Source of the DNA: Octopus sinensis
Lineage: Eukaryota
Reading direction: 5' to 3'
DNA: 64,000 nt
Assembly (NCBI RefSeq): GCF_006345805.1
Contig: NC_043013.1
Location: 35,898,001 to 35,962,000, forward strand
Shown here: positions 1 through 12,929 of the stretch, piece after piece
Layout of the letters: every line of letters starts with the position of its first letter
How positions within the stretch are numbered: position 1 is the stretch's first letter
Made by a program: the position numbers and the translations under genes
The notes under the pieces: model-generated
What the model was told of the DNA's origin: nothing
Databases searched by the model: none
Seen by the model: the letters and a program-made list of their open reading frames with translations, nothing else

Positions 1-257
1 GCTGAGCCCCATCCCCACTCCTGGCCTCCATGCTGTCTTGAGTATGAAAAAGACAAATTGAGGAATATAGTTCAATATAAGTAAGTGGGGATGGTCACGG
101 CTGGAATATTTTTTTATTGTGAAATCGTTTGCTTTAGAAAGGACATCCAGCCATAAAAGTCCTTGCCAAAGCAAAACAGTGAAGTTTGGTGCAGTCCTCT
201 GGTTTACTGGCTCCTGTCAAACTGTGCAACCGATGCCAGCAAGGATGACAGACATTA

Positions 258-290
<33 letters not shown>

Positions 291-689
291 GGTGGTGGTG
301 ATGATGATGATGATGATTCCTATTTTTCGCTTTTGGCACATTAACCTGTGTAGGTTGAACTAACGTAAAATGTTAAAGAAAGAAACCCACCTGCTTCTTG
401 CAATACATACCAATATAGACATCTAAAGCAGAAGGTTTTCAGGGGTTCTTAAAATATTATTCTGGATCCCCAATTTAATATTTTGTTGCACAGATCCCCA
501 AAAGCCTTATATGGGTACTCAGGAACTATATGAACCTCAGGGGTCATATGAACCTCTAGAGGCCATATGGAACCTGATTGAGAAACACTAATCCAGTGCC
601 TCATCCTAAAGTCATTGCCAGAATCTGAAAGGGATGTAGAGCTGACCAGCACTATTTGGCACCTCATCCTTACATCTTTTATAATATCT

Positions 690-957
690 GGCCACCGGCA
701 CATCCGTACCCATAGCACGTAAAAAGCACTATCCAAACGTGATTGATGCCAGGCCTGCCTAACTGGCTCCTGTGCCAGTGGCACGTAAAAAGCACCTGCT
801 ATACTCTATGAGTGGTTGACATTAGGAAGGGCATCCAGCTGTAGAAACATTGCCAGATCAGATTGGAGCCTGGTGCAGCTGTTGGCTCTCCAGACCTCAG
901 TCAGACCGTCCAACCCATGCCAGCATGAAAAACGAACGTTAAAGAATGATGATGATG
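690..957 (+). mobile_element. RTE-tail type short retroelement/SINE ending in (GAT)n
   Basis: ggttgacattaggaagggcatccagctgtagaaac...cccatgccagcatgaaaaacgaacgttaaagaatgatgatgat. The same motif recurs at about 130-300, 8820-8965, 21125-21470(-), 22370-22477(-), 47320-47470 and 55980-56180(-). RTE assignment is from family recognition. Confidence 0.7.
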
Positions 958-1589
958 TGGAGGATTATGATGAGAGTCCATCACTGTCCATTCTTTAATC
1001 TCTACACTTCTACTAACATCTGGTACTAAATGTCCAATATTTGGACGACTTAGAGTTCAGGAACTCTCACTGACTATTCAAGCAAAGGATTCATTTATTC
1101 CATATGTCTTCAAAAGAGACCTTGATTCCTTGATGCCTGATGTCAACACAGTATCATCACTTTTTTTGTAGTTCGATATATTTGCACAAAGGTGTTGTTG
1201 TGATGAGAGCTATGATACCCCTTTGCGAGAGTTAGACTAGTCCGAGTAAAGTATAAATAACAACGATCTGAGTGAGTTCGAGGTTCAGAGTTCAGAATCA
1301 AGTGAAGTTCATGTTAGATTGCAGTAAAGTCAAAAGGTGATACTTGGTTAGTTCACAAAGAATATTGATTGTTGGTTCATAAAGAGATTTGTTGGCTTGT
1401 TACATTGTTTTTACTGTTGTCTGGTTGTCTTATTGTACTTAAATAAGATGTGGAATGCAAAAATTCCCATATAAACACACACATATACATATATACATTT
1501 GCACACCACCCTATGTATATATGAATGCATATTGTACAATGCTTGGCGATTGTAGTGTAAACAGTGATACTAGAATACAGTAATGACAA

Positions 1590-1839
1590 AAAAACAAGGA
1601 GTGAGAGGGGTGAGAGGGAGGGAGAGACAGGGAGGGAGAAAGAGAGAGAGAGAAAGAGAGAGAGAGAGGAGAGAAAGAGAGAGAGAGAGAGAGAAAGAGA
1701 AAGAGAGAAAGATTGAGATAAAGAGAGAGAGTAAGAGAAAGAGAGAGAAAAAGAAAGAGAGAGAGAAAAAGAGGGAGAGAAAGAAAGAGAAAGAGAGAAA
1801 GAGAGAGAGAGAAAGAGACAGAAAAAAGGAGAAAGAGAA

Positions 1840-1870
<31 letters not shown>

Positions 1871-2000
1871 AAAAGAGAGAAAGGGAGAGAGAGAAAGAGA
1901 GAGAAAGAAAGAGAGAGAGAGAAAGAGAAAGAGAGAGACAAAGAGAGAGAGATAGAAAGAGAAAGAGAGAGCGATAGAAAGAGAAAGAGAGAGAGATGAG
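1590..2000. repeat. (GA)n/GAAA purine-rich simple repeat
   Basis: Continuous gagagaaaga tract; the source of spurious ER/SL-rich ORFs. Confidence 0.95.
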
Positions 2001-2747
2001 AAATATGATATAGTGAGACTAGTCAGCAATAATGTGTGTTTATGTCTGTGTGTGTGTTTGAATGTGGTTGGGTGTGTAAGAGAGAGATGTTAATTTGTCA
2101 AATACCATGGATAGAAAGAACTCAACACTGTAATTAAGGAATTAATGTTTCAGTTGTTACGATGAGCTGAAGTTCTCTTATTTGCAGACAAGAAACCATT
2201 TAGTCCATTTATAAATATGTGTGTATGTGTTCGTACTTATATACATACATACATACAAATATATATATACATATATATATACATATATATATATGTGTCT
2301 GCCTTCCAATTGCTGTTTTTACTGAGATCTCCCCTTTTTAGTAGAAGAAATAGCTATAACTCTTTGACTGCTATTTCTAAATTCGGTATGTGGTAAGGCA
2401 ATTCGTTGCTAAACCCTTTGTTGCTTAGTATATATATTATATATATACTTATATACATACATACATATAAAAATATATACACTTATATACATACATATAA
2501 ATATATATATACACACTCATGTATATGGACACGTAGACACACACACACACACACATATACATAAGTATACCTATGTGTGTGTGTACATGTATGCTGTATA
2601 TCTATACACATATTTATCTTATTTGTCATTATCTTCATCGCTTTCTATTTACCTTCTTGGACATCTTACCTGAGGGTATTCTTTAGCTCCTTGTCACTGT
2701 CACATTCATCTCCCATTCCAGCACGCTCCAGCCCCTACTCAAACACA

Positions 2748-2787
<40 letters not shown>

Positions 2788-2909
2788 GATGCAGAGTAAC
2801 CCTGAATTTCCTCCTACTTAACCCACTCCACTCTGTCACTCTTCCTCACTGACCTCCGACCTTACTCTTGCTTCTTCACAATGCTGTCTATAACTCTCTT
2901 TCTTAACAT

Positions 2910-2945
<36 letters not shown>

Positions 2946-3221
2946 GCTTGTTAATTTCTTCACTAATTCCTTCTCACAACATTAAACCTATTCTTCAAAT
3001 CTTAGTTTAACTTCTTAATACTTTGCAGGAAATCACCACCGTCTCTCTTATTCTCATTCACAATTGTTGAGGCTCTTAAAGTCTTGCCGCTTTTAAGGTG
3101 ACATCACTAGTGCTGGTGCCATGATAAAAATAAACCCATCTGGCATGCTGTGTGAATTGGTTGGCATTAGAAAGGGCATCATGCTGTAAAAACCAGACCA
3201 AACTAGACCAGACACTGAGGC

Positions 3222-3849
3222 TTAACCCTTTAGCATTCAAACAGGCCACATCCGGCCCAAATATTTCATCTATTTTATGTTTAAACAGGCCAGATCCCAC
3301 CTCTCACACCTAACCTACAGTGTCATTCTAAACATAGACAATCACATCATCAAAATCATGAAGCTATCAAAAAATGCAGAATTAAAATGAAATAATGTGG
3401 ATAAATAAACAGGTGCTGGAGTGGCTGTGTGGTAAGTAGCTTGCCTACCAACCACATGGTTCCTGGTTCAGTCCCACTGCGTGGCATCTTGGGCAAGTGT
3501 CTTCTGCTATTGCCTCGGGCCAACCAATGCCTTGTGAGTGGATTTGGTAGACGGAAACTGAAAGAAGCCTGTCATATATATGTATATATATGTATGTTTG
3601 TATGTCTGTGTTTGTCCCTCTAGCATTGCTTGACAACCGATGCTGGTGTGTTTACGTCCCTGTCACTTAGCGGTTCGGCAAAAGAGACCGATAGAATAAG
3701 TACTGGGCTTACAAAAGAATAAATCCTGGGGTCGAGTTGCTCAATTAAAAGGCGGTGCTCCAGCATGGCCGCAGTCAAATGACTGAAACAAGTAAAAGAG
3801 TAAAAGAGTATTACAACTGATGAATTAATGTGAATGCTAAAGGATTAAT
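3222..3849 (+). mobile_element. TTAA-bounded MITE (piggyBac-like ends) interrupted by a SINE
   Basis: Starts ttaa-ccctttagcattc and ends gaatgctaaagga-ttaa (terminal inverted repeats). A SINE is inserted at about 3410-3810. Same family at 20863-21923. Confidence 0.65.
3410..3810 (+). mobile_element. tRNA-derived SINE (dominant family), full length
   Basis: A box TGGCTGTGTGG, B box GGTTCAGTCCC, internal TA/TG microsatellite, 3' end gactgaaacaagtaaaagagtaaaagag; many near-identical copies in the window. Confidence 0.9.
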
Positions 3850-4160
3850 ATAGTCTTATGACACATCGGTTTGGTGCAGTCCTCTGGTTTACCAGCTCCT
3901 GTCAAACTGTGCAACCAATGCCAGCAAGGATGACAGACATTAGATGATGATGATGATGATGTCGATTTTGATTGTGTTGATGATGATGATGATGATGATG
4001 GTGGTGGTAGTGGTGGTGGTGGTGATGGTGGTGGTGGTGGTGAGGATGATGATGATAACGATGAGGATGATGATGATGATGACGATGATGATGTCGATTG
4101 TGATGATGATGATGATGATGATTATGATTATGATGATGGTGGTGGTGGTGGTGATAGTGG

Positions 4161-4192
<32 letters not shown>

Positions 4193-4864
4193 TTGGGAAA
4201 ATATTACCTTATTTGGAAGCAGGTTAGAGGTGGCAACAGGAAGGGCTTTCAGCCGTAGAATATCCATTTTAATAAATTCTGTTTGTACCCCCATCACCAT
4301 CACCATCACCACCACTATGCAAGCAGGTTTTAGAAAAGTAAGTACTTGGCTCAATTTAAAATTCTTCAAAGTGGTGCCCCAGCATGGCCACCAGCTAAGG
4401 ATTGAAACCAGTAAGAAGATCAAGTAAATGAGATATATCTATGTGTGCGTTGTGCGTGTGTGTGTGTGTGTGTTGTATGCGTGTAAGTGTGTATGTGTTG
4501 TGAATGTGTGTTTTCATGTTTATGCATTGTTTGTTCCCCCCCCACCACCACCACCACCACCACTTAACAGCCAATGTCACTTTAGTTGCATCTCCTTAAC
4601 TTAGCAGTTAAGCAAAAGAGACTGACAGAATAAGCACCTCGCTAAAAAATACAAAAACAATTACCAGGATCAACTTGTTCACCTAAACTCTTCAAAGCTG
4701 TGCTCCAGCATGGCTGCTATCCAATGACTGAAACAAGTGAGGGAGTAAGGAAAAGTAAGGCTAATTACAATGTGTCCTTGGACAGCAACTGTTATTTCCT
4801 ATTTACTTACCCCTAAAAAGTATGGAAAGTGGCGAATGTATCCTTCAAATTTTGCTTTTGCTAC

Positions 4865-5275
4865 ATAGGAGAGGCTGTGTGGTAAGTAGCTTGCTTACGG
4901 ACCACATGGTTCCGGGTTCAGTCCTACTGCGTTGCACCTTGGACAAGTGTCTTCTACTATATCCTCGGGCCAACCAAAGCCTTGTGAGTGGATTTGGTAG
5001 ACAGAAACTGAAAGAAAGTCGTATATATGTATATATATATATATGTATGTGCGTGTATATGTTTGTGTGTCTGTGTTTGTCCCCCCTAACATCACTTGAC
5101 AACCAATGGTGGTGTGTTTACGTCCCCGTAACTTAGCGGTTCGGCAAAAGAGACTGAAAAAATAAGTATTAGGCTTACAAAGAATAAGTCCTGGGGTCGA
5201 TGTGCTCGACTAAAAGGCGGTGCTCCAGCATGGCCACAGTCAAATGACTAAAATAAGTAAAGGAGTAAAGGAGTT
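4865..5275 (+). mobile_element. tRNA-derived SINE (dominant family), full length
   Basis: Same A/B boxes, body and tail as 3410-3810. Confidence 0.9.
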
Positions 5276-5514
5276 TATTCAAACCCCAAGAATCTCTCTC
5301 AACACAAGGCTATGATGCTCCCCAACTATACCTACTCATGATCAGAGATACACATATTGTCAGCCGCTAAGGGACATGCTCAAGTGGTTACAGTCAAGCA
5401 ACTGACAAGCAAATCTGAGGTATTGAGCAGAATATTTGTTATAACGATATTTCTGCTTCAGCAACTCAGTGCTGAGTCTGTCTGAAATGTAATGGAAAAT
5501 AGGTCGGTTTCAAA

Positions 5515-5750
5515 ATATTTATTTCTTTATTTCCCATGGGGATTGGGTGCTAAACATAGAGGGGACAAGCAAGGACAAAGAGATTAAGTCAATTACATTG
5601 ACCCCAGTGCATAACTGGTACTTATTTAATGGACCCCGAAAAGATGAAAGGTAAGGTCGACCTCAGCAGAATTTGAACTCAGAACATAACGCTAGATGAA
5701 ATACTGCTAAGCATTTCACCTGGCATGCTAACAATTCTTCCAGCTCACCA
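5515..5750 (-). mobile_element. CORE-type SINE (second family)
   Basis: Reverse complement of ggtgagctgg...ttctgagttcaaattctgctgaggtcgac...ctttcatc..ttcggggtc. Other copies at 13765-13935, 34305-34930, 38678-38900 and 54270-54690. Confidence 0.8.
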
Positions 5751-6804
5751 CCCATTGATGTCTGGGTCACAAAAGCAAAGTTTGAAGAGGATAGGAGTCA
5801 TTGCCTTTGATTTTGTGATAGAAACAAAACAGAAAAAACACTTACGGACCAAAGATAAAAAATAACTAAATCAAATTTTTTTACACAGTGCTACAGAAGC
5901 AATTCTCATATCTCAATGCAAAGCTAACATTTACACACTAACAACATACAGATATCACAAACAGGATAAGCACTTCACTGATAACAAGCAACTCTTATGT
6001 CTTCAGAAATCAAAGCTGTGCACTATAACAAAAAAGCAGTGCAGGTGCCAACACCACAACATATCCTGATGATGGGACTGAGATAGTAACAATGAATTTG
6101 GGAACTTAATTCTTCCAAGCAAATTGCAAGGATCTGATACTGAAATATAATAAAACGATAATATAAAAATATAAACTGGAACATTATTTTTCATCGTTTA
6201 CATACTGGAATCACTAGACTGTGGCCATACTGGAGCACCACAGTGTTTAGTTGAACACAACTCTAGTATCTAACTTTTAGTTTAGTATTTATTTTATCAA
6301 TTGCTTTTTTCCAAACTGCTAAGTTATGAGGACATAAAAAAACTAACACTGATTGTCAAATGTTATGATGAGGATGCTAAGGACAAACATAAACACACAC
6401 ACACACATACATATGTACAATCATATTTATGTGTGAGTGTGTGTGTATGTATGTGTGTGTGTGTTTCCATGTGAGTGTGTGTGCTTGTACGTGTGATGGG
6501 CTTCCACATAGCTTTCTCAACCAAAGACTTTGGTCAGCATGAAGCTACAGTAGAAGACACATTCCCAAGGTGGGACATCACACTGTGGGACTGAACCTGG
6601 AACCATGTGTTTTGGAAACAAGCTTTTTACCACATAGCCATACCTATTTAAATATAACATCTCAAGAAAAGTGTTCCCTAAATATAAACACACACACAGG
6701 CCAACACACAAGGGTTGACACACACAGATGCATATATATATATACATATTCTATTGAGACTAGTAAGAAATGATTATGAACTTTTCTATTGCCCTTTTTA
6801 TAAT

Positions 6805-6849
6805 ATTTTTGATAAGGTTCGTTTTTTCAAGAACCGAAACATGTAAAAT
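6805..6849 (+). ncRNA. Minimal type I hammerhead ribozyme motif, U3/A8 core variant
   Basis: AUUU-[UUGAUAA]-GGUUC guuuuuucaa GAACC-[GAAA]-CAUG-UA^-AAAU: 4-bp stem I, perfect 5-bp stem II, palindromic stem III ACAUGU. Lies within a ~150-bp unique insert between TA tracts. Confidence 0.7.
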
Positions 6850-6919
6850 TCATAAGAAAATTAAAATTTATCTACTATAGTGGCGTTTTCAAACTTCTTT
6901 TTTACAAATATACATATAT

Positions 6920-6962
<43 letters not shown>

Positions 6963-7068
6963 TTTAAAAGATAGATAGATAGATTTAGATATACATATAT
7001 ATGCATGTATATATATGTGTGTGTGTGTATACACACACACACATGCATATATAAGTATATATATATAA

Positions 7069-7099
<31 letters not shown>

Positions 7100-7499
7100 C
7101 TTATTAGTCACTTAGAATGATTGACATCATGTAGAACATGCTATCGTTAACAGGAAGCCTTTCGTTATGAATTATATTTTAAGCTCGGAATTAATTGCTC
7201 CCCACTGCCTCCAGCCTTCCATCCATGCATCCTAGCTATACATGCTAAACACATACACACATAGAGACACATTATATATCCCTATTACAGCTCACGTTTA
7301 TACACTCATTCACAAATAATGACAACCATTCACATAAAAACCAACGCGTGGACACAAATACATATACACACACATATATATATATATATATACACAGATT
7401 GTAATGTATATACATACTCTTGTATGAATATATTCATCTTCTTCTTATACTTGCACTCTCATTTACATACATTTGCATAATTTTATACACTTCTATACT

Positions 7500-7840
<341 letters not shown>

Positions 7841-8224
7841 AAGCCTTGTGATTGGATCCAGTAGATGGAAGCTGAAAGAAGCCCATTGTATATATATGTG
7901 TGTGTGTGTTTGTGTGTGTATGTATGTGTGTATGTATGCATGTACATATATCTATGTGTATGTATGTATATCTATGTGTGAATCAGTGTTTGTCTTCTCA
8001 TCACCACTTGCTAACTGATGTGGGTATTTTTTAATTCCTCTAACTTAACAGTTTGGCAAAAGAGACTGATAAAATAAGTACCAGGCTTAAAAAATAAGTA
8101 CTGGGGTCAAACTGGGTCAATTCTTTTGACTAAAATTTCAATGTGGGACCCCAGCATGGCCACAGTCTAATGACTTTAACAGGTGAAAATAAGGACATAT
8201 GTATTTGTATGTATGTCTATAGTC

Positions 8225-8590
8225 GCAGGCATGGTTGTGTGGTAAGAAGCTTGGTAAGAAGCATGGTTCCAGGTTCAGTCCCACTGCATGGCACCTTGGG
8301 CAAGTATCTTCTACTATAACATCAAGCCAACCAAAGCCTTGTGAGTGGATTTGGTAGACGGAAAATGTGTGTGTGTGTGTCTTTGCATCTGTGTTTGTCC
8401 CCATCACCGCTTGGCAACTGGTGTTGGTACGTTTATGTCTCTGTAACTTAGTGGTTCAGCAAAGGAGACTGATAGAATAAGTACTATGCTTACGGAATAA
8501 GACCTGGGATCAGTTTGGTTGGGTTGAAACCCTTCATGGTGGTGCTCCAGCATGGCTGCAGTCAAATGACTGAAAGAACTAGAAGAATAT
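8225..8590 (+). mobile_element. tRNA-derived SINE (dominant family), diverged
   Basis: ggttgtgtggtaagaagc...ggttcagtcccactgc...gctccagcatggctgcagtcaaatgactgaaa. Confidence 0.8.
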
Positions 8591-9629
8591 GTAAAAGAAC
8601 TTGGCCTAGTTATGAATGTGCTGACCCCATGATCCCAAGCGAATAGTTTTGCTTCCTACACCAGTAGTATGTTCTTGAGCAAAACTCTTCATTCCATTTT
8701 CCTTTAGTCCACTCAACTTTAAATAGGTAACCCTAAATAGACAGGTATTCCATTCAGGAGGAATGTTAATCTGCTTATCAAACCAGCAGGTAGAATCATT
8801 TGAAAGGTAGATCAAGGTGAGGAAGTGTTTGGCGTTAGGAAGGACATCCAGCTGTAGAAACTTTGCCAGATCAGATTGAGCCTGGTGCAGCCTCTGGCTC
8901 ACCAATCCTCAGTCAAACTGTCCAACCCATGCCAGCATGGAAAGCATATGTTATACAACGATGATGTGTGTTTGTGTGTGTGTGTGTGTAGGTTTGTGTG
9001 TCTGTGTTTGTCCCCCCCAACATTATTTGACAACCGATGTTGGCATGTTTACAACCCCGTAACTAAGTGGTTTGGCAAAAGAGACCAATAGAAAAAGCAC
9101 TAGGCTTACAAACAGTAAGTCCTGGGGTTGACTAAAGGTGATGCCTCAGCATGGCCACAGTCAAATGACTGAAACAAGTAAAAGAATAAAAGAATATACT
9201 GACACCCGGGGTCGGACCCCCAGCTATGCTAGTGTATGTGTACAGATATATATCTTTTCTTTTTCTTTCTTATACTTCTATCAGTCATTGGACTGTGGCC
9301 ATGCTTGAGCACCATTTTGGAGGATTTAGTCAAATGAATCAATCCCTTTACGCATTTCTAAATCTGCTACTTATTCTATTAGTGTCTTAGGCTGAACTGC
9401 TAGGTTACAAGGATGCAAACAAACTAACACTGGATATCAAGCAGTGGAGAGTGACAGACACAGACACACACACACATTGATACATGCATACATACATAGA
9501 CATCTGGTATAGGATGGGTTTCTTTCAGTTTCCATCTCCTAAGTACTCACACACTTGCCCAAGATGCCTTATAGTGGGACTGAACCCAGAACAATGTGGT
9601 CAGGAAGCAAACTTCTAACCGTACAGCTA

Positions 9630-10402
9630 TATGTGTGTGTGTATGCATGTATGTATGTATGTATGTGTGTGTGTGTAATTACACACACATGCACATAAAC
9701 TAACAAACATATATTCATAAGCACATACACACACACATACATGCACACACACACACACTCGTACATTCATACAGGTACATGTATGTTCGTGCACACATAT
9801 GCATACCACACACACAGACACAGACACACGCACAAACGTAGAATTACACACACATACACACACGCTCACACACATACATTTATACACATACACACGCCCA
9901 CACAGACACACAAACATGCCTACACATGTACATTCACACACACAGACACACGCTCACACACACACACACATTAAAACACACACACACGCCCACACAGACA
10001 CATACACGCACACGTGCACACACGGTTGCACACAGGTACACACATGTACACTCACACACACATGCTCACACACATTTATACACACACAGACACACACGCC
10101 TACACAGACACATACACATACACGTGCATACACAATGATATGCACACGCACACGGATACACACACACACACACAGACACACACTCACACACACATTTACA
10201 CACACACACAGACACACACGCCTACACAGACACATACACATATATGTGCACACACAAGGATACGCACACGCACACGGATAAACACATGCACACACAAGTA
10301 CATTCACATACACACACACACACGTGCACGCTCAGACACACACATTTATACACACACGCTCACACACACACACACACACACACACCACACACACACACAC
10401 AC
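9630..10402. repeat. Degenerate (CA)n tract with higher-order internal repeats
   Basis: CA-rich, with recurring cacatttatacac/cacgcctacacagacac blocks. Confidence 0.9.
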
Positions 10403-10738
10403 TATAGTACTTCATACCATTAGCATGAAACCCTTATGTATTAATTACATTTTAAACTTGGCTCTTAATTATCTTCGAAAATAGTAACGAAGAAATATAC
10501 TAAAGAAAAACAAAGTAAAAAAATTACAAACCATAATCAAACAAACGAAGCCAGAGGGGTGTCAGCTGTGGGTGGTGGGGAGACGAGGGGGGTGGAAAGA
10601 GACCTAGATTTCTTTTGTTTGTTTTCTTTTTTTATTGTAATTTTTTTTTTGTAATTTTCTTTTTATAGCATTTTTCTAAAAAAAAAAACATCGTTTTAGT
10701 TACCAAGATTTATATTTAGAGATTGTGGTGAGATACAG

Positions 10739-10739
<1 letters not shown>

Positions 10740-10769
<30 letters not shown>

Positions 10770-11470
10770 GGTGGTGGTGGTGGTGGTGGTGGTGGCGGTG
10801 GTGGAATGATGGTAGAGGTTACACTGGGTGTTATGTTAGTGTTGCCGTTGTTGTTGATAGTGGTAGTGGTGGTGGTGGTGGTGGTGGTGGTGATGGTGGT
10901 GGTGGTATTGGTGGGTGGGGGTGTTTCGGGGGGTTTGTGGTGTTGATAGTATTGGAGATAGTGGAGGTGGTGGTAATGGTGCTAATGGTAGTAGTGGTGT
11001 TGGTGGTGGTAGAGATTGGGTGGTCGCTGTCATAATGGTCAGGGTGGTGTATGTGGCTGTAATGGTGGTGGTGGTGGTGGAGGCGGCGGCAGGCAGTGGT
11101 GACGTTGTTCTTGTTGGTGTTGGTGTTGGTGGTAGTGGTGGTTGTGGTAGAGGAGGAGGTGGTGAAGCTGGCAGTGGTTGATGTCGTGTGGGCATCTTTG
11201 TCATCTTTGTCAATCATTGTGGTTGTAATGGCATTGTTGTTGCTGTTGCCGTTGTTGTTGTTGTTGGTGGTGGTGGTGGTAATGGTGGTGGCAGTCATCA
11301 CCATCATTGCCATTGGCATCATCATCATCATCATCAATGTCATTGTTATTATCATCATAGTAGTGGTAGTTGTGGTTGAGCTTGTGGCTATGGTAGTGAG
11401 GTTTGCGGCTGTAATGGCAGTAGTAGTAGTGGTAGTGGTGGTGGTGGTGTGGTGGTGGTGGTAGTGGTGG
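10740..11470. repeat. Low-complexity trinucleotide tract (GTT/GGT/CAT)n
   Basis: Mixed triplet repeats, open in several frames on both strands. Confidence 0.85.
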
Positions 11471-11638
11471 TGCTTATTTCTGATTCAGGAAAATTTGGTA
11501 GAGGCAACAGCATTAGTGCATCATAATATAAACCATTCTAGCATAATATAAAGTAGTATATTACAGTATAGAGCAGCACCCCTACCCCTTGACCCCCACC
11601 CTCCCCACCACAAATATAGACTAATTTTTGCAGCAAAT

Positions 11639-12017
11639 ACAGGAGTGGCTGTGTGGTAAGTAGCTTGCTTACCAACCACATGGTTCTGGGTTCAGTCCCA
11701 CTGTGTGGCACCTTGGGCAAGTGTCTTCTACTATGAAAGAAGCTCATCGTATATATGTATGTATATATATATGTGTGTGTATATGTTTGTGTGTCTGTGT
11801 TTGTCTCCGCAACATCACTTGACAACCGATGCTGGTGTGAACAAGTAAAAGAGTAAAATAAGAGTAAAGAGTAATGCCCTAGCGGTTTGTCAAAGGAGAC
11901 CAATAGAATAAGTACTAGGCTTACAAAGAATAAGTCCTGGGGTCGATTTGTTCGACTAAAGGCGGTGCTCCAGCATGGCCCCTGTCAAATGACTGAAACA
12001 AGTAAAAGAGTAAAAGA
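11639..12017 (+). mobile_element. tRNA-derived SINE (dominant family) with internal deletion and an ectopic tail copy
   Basis: Normal head; deletion after cttctactat; an extra aacaagtaaaagagtaaaa tail block at about 11840-11875. Confidence 0.85.
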
Positions 12018-12665
12018 ATGCATTTGAGAGAGTAACCTGAATGCTAAAGGGTTAAACTTGTTAAAATATTATTCTAAATGGTTTATAAGATCGGAAATCT
12101 AATTTTGTAGTGTTCATGGTATCATCATGAGAATCTGATCAACGAATTTGCAATTAAAATAAAGTAGAAAACACTTTAGATATAAAGTAGAAGTATATAA
12201 GAAAAAACATTATTTTCCAGCACACCATTATTTTTGTGTCATTTTGAAAAATAAAAATTTATTTTATGGTTTGTTATTGTTTATATTTTCAATTACTTGT
12301 ATTTAGGGGCACCAAAATCTTTTAATTGCATAGGATCTCTATGGGTCTTAATCCGGTCCTGGGTTTAACCATTGAGCAAAATAAGTATGTGCTTAGGACA
12401 TTAAGAGAAGGGCCATCAACACAGAAATGGTAAATGGTCTACAGTACAAAAGAAATCTCTTTAAACTTACTAAAATAATATTTGAAGTGATTTATATGAT
12501 CAGAAGTATAATTTTAAAGTGTCCATGATGTCATTGTGAGGATCTGATCAGAGATTTTCCAATTAAAAAAAGTAGAAAACTTTTCAAATATAAATAAAGT
12601 GGAAGTATACAAAAATAAGTATTTTCCATCAGTTTTGTTTCAGTTTGAGAAATAAAAACATTATT

Positions 12666-12929
12666 GTTTTGTATTTATGCCCACGGGCATATGGCATAGT
12701 GGTTAAGAGCACGGGCTACTAACCCCAAGATTCTGAATTTGATTCCAGGCAGTGACTTGAATAATAGTAATAATAATAATAATAATAGCATCGAAAAATA
12801 CCTTAGGAATGAGAACCCAGGTTCGAAATTTCCCCAAGATACCTGATGAAGGTTGGAGGGTATATCAGCTGAAACATTGTGTTAACAACAAACAAGATGA
12901 GGACAAATATCCATCAAATGTAAATAATG
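12666..12929 (+). mobile_element. Composite element: tRNA-derived head + (AAT)n + hammerhead-bearing Penelope-like module
   Basis: A box TGGCATAGTGG at 12692-12702, ggg-CTACTAA-ccc anticodon-like arm, degenerate B box AATTTGATTCC. Flanked by taaaaacattatt (12653-12665) and taaaaaaattatt (12930-12942). Confidence 0.7.
12838..12883 (+). ncRNA. Minimal type I hammerhead ribozyme motif
   Basis: GAUAC-[CUGAUGA]-A-GGUUG gaggguauau CAGCU-[GAAA]-CA-UU^-GUGUU. Stems I and II pair; stem III reads ACAU rather than palindromic ACGU. Confidence 0.7.

Noticed and set aside
3417-3490. tRNA gene-like sequence
   Set aside because: It is the head of a multi-copy SINE and has no proper cloverleaf.
10831-11358. 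Thr/Asn/His/Pro-rich ORF resembling a disordered transcription-factor region
   Set aside because: Built from triplet repeats, open on both strands, with no recognisable domain.
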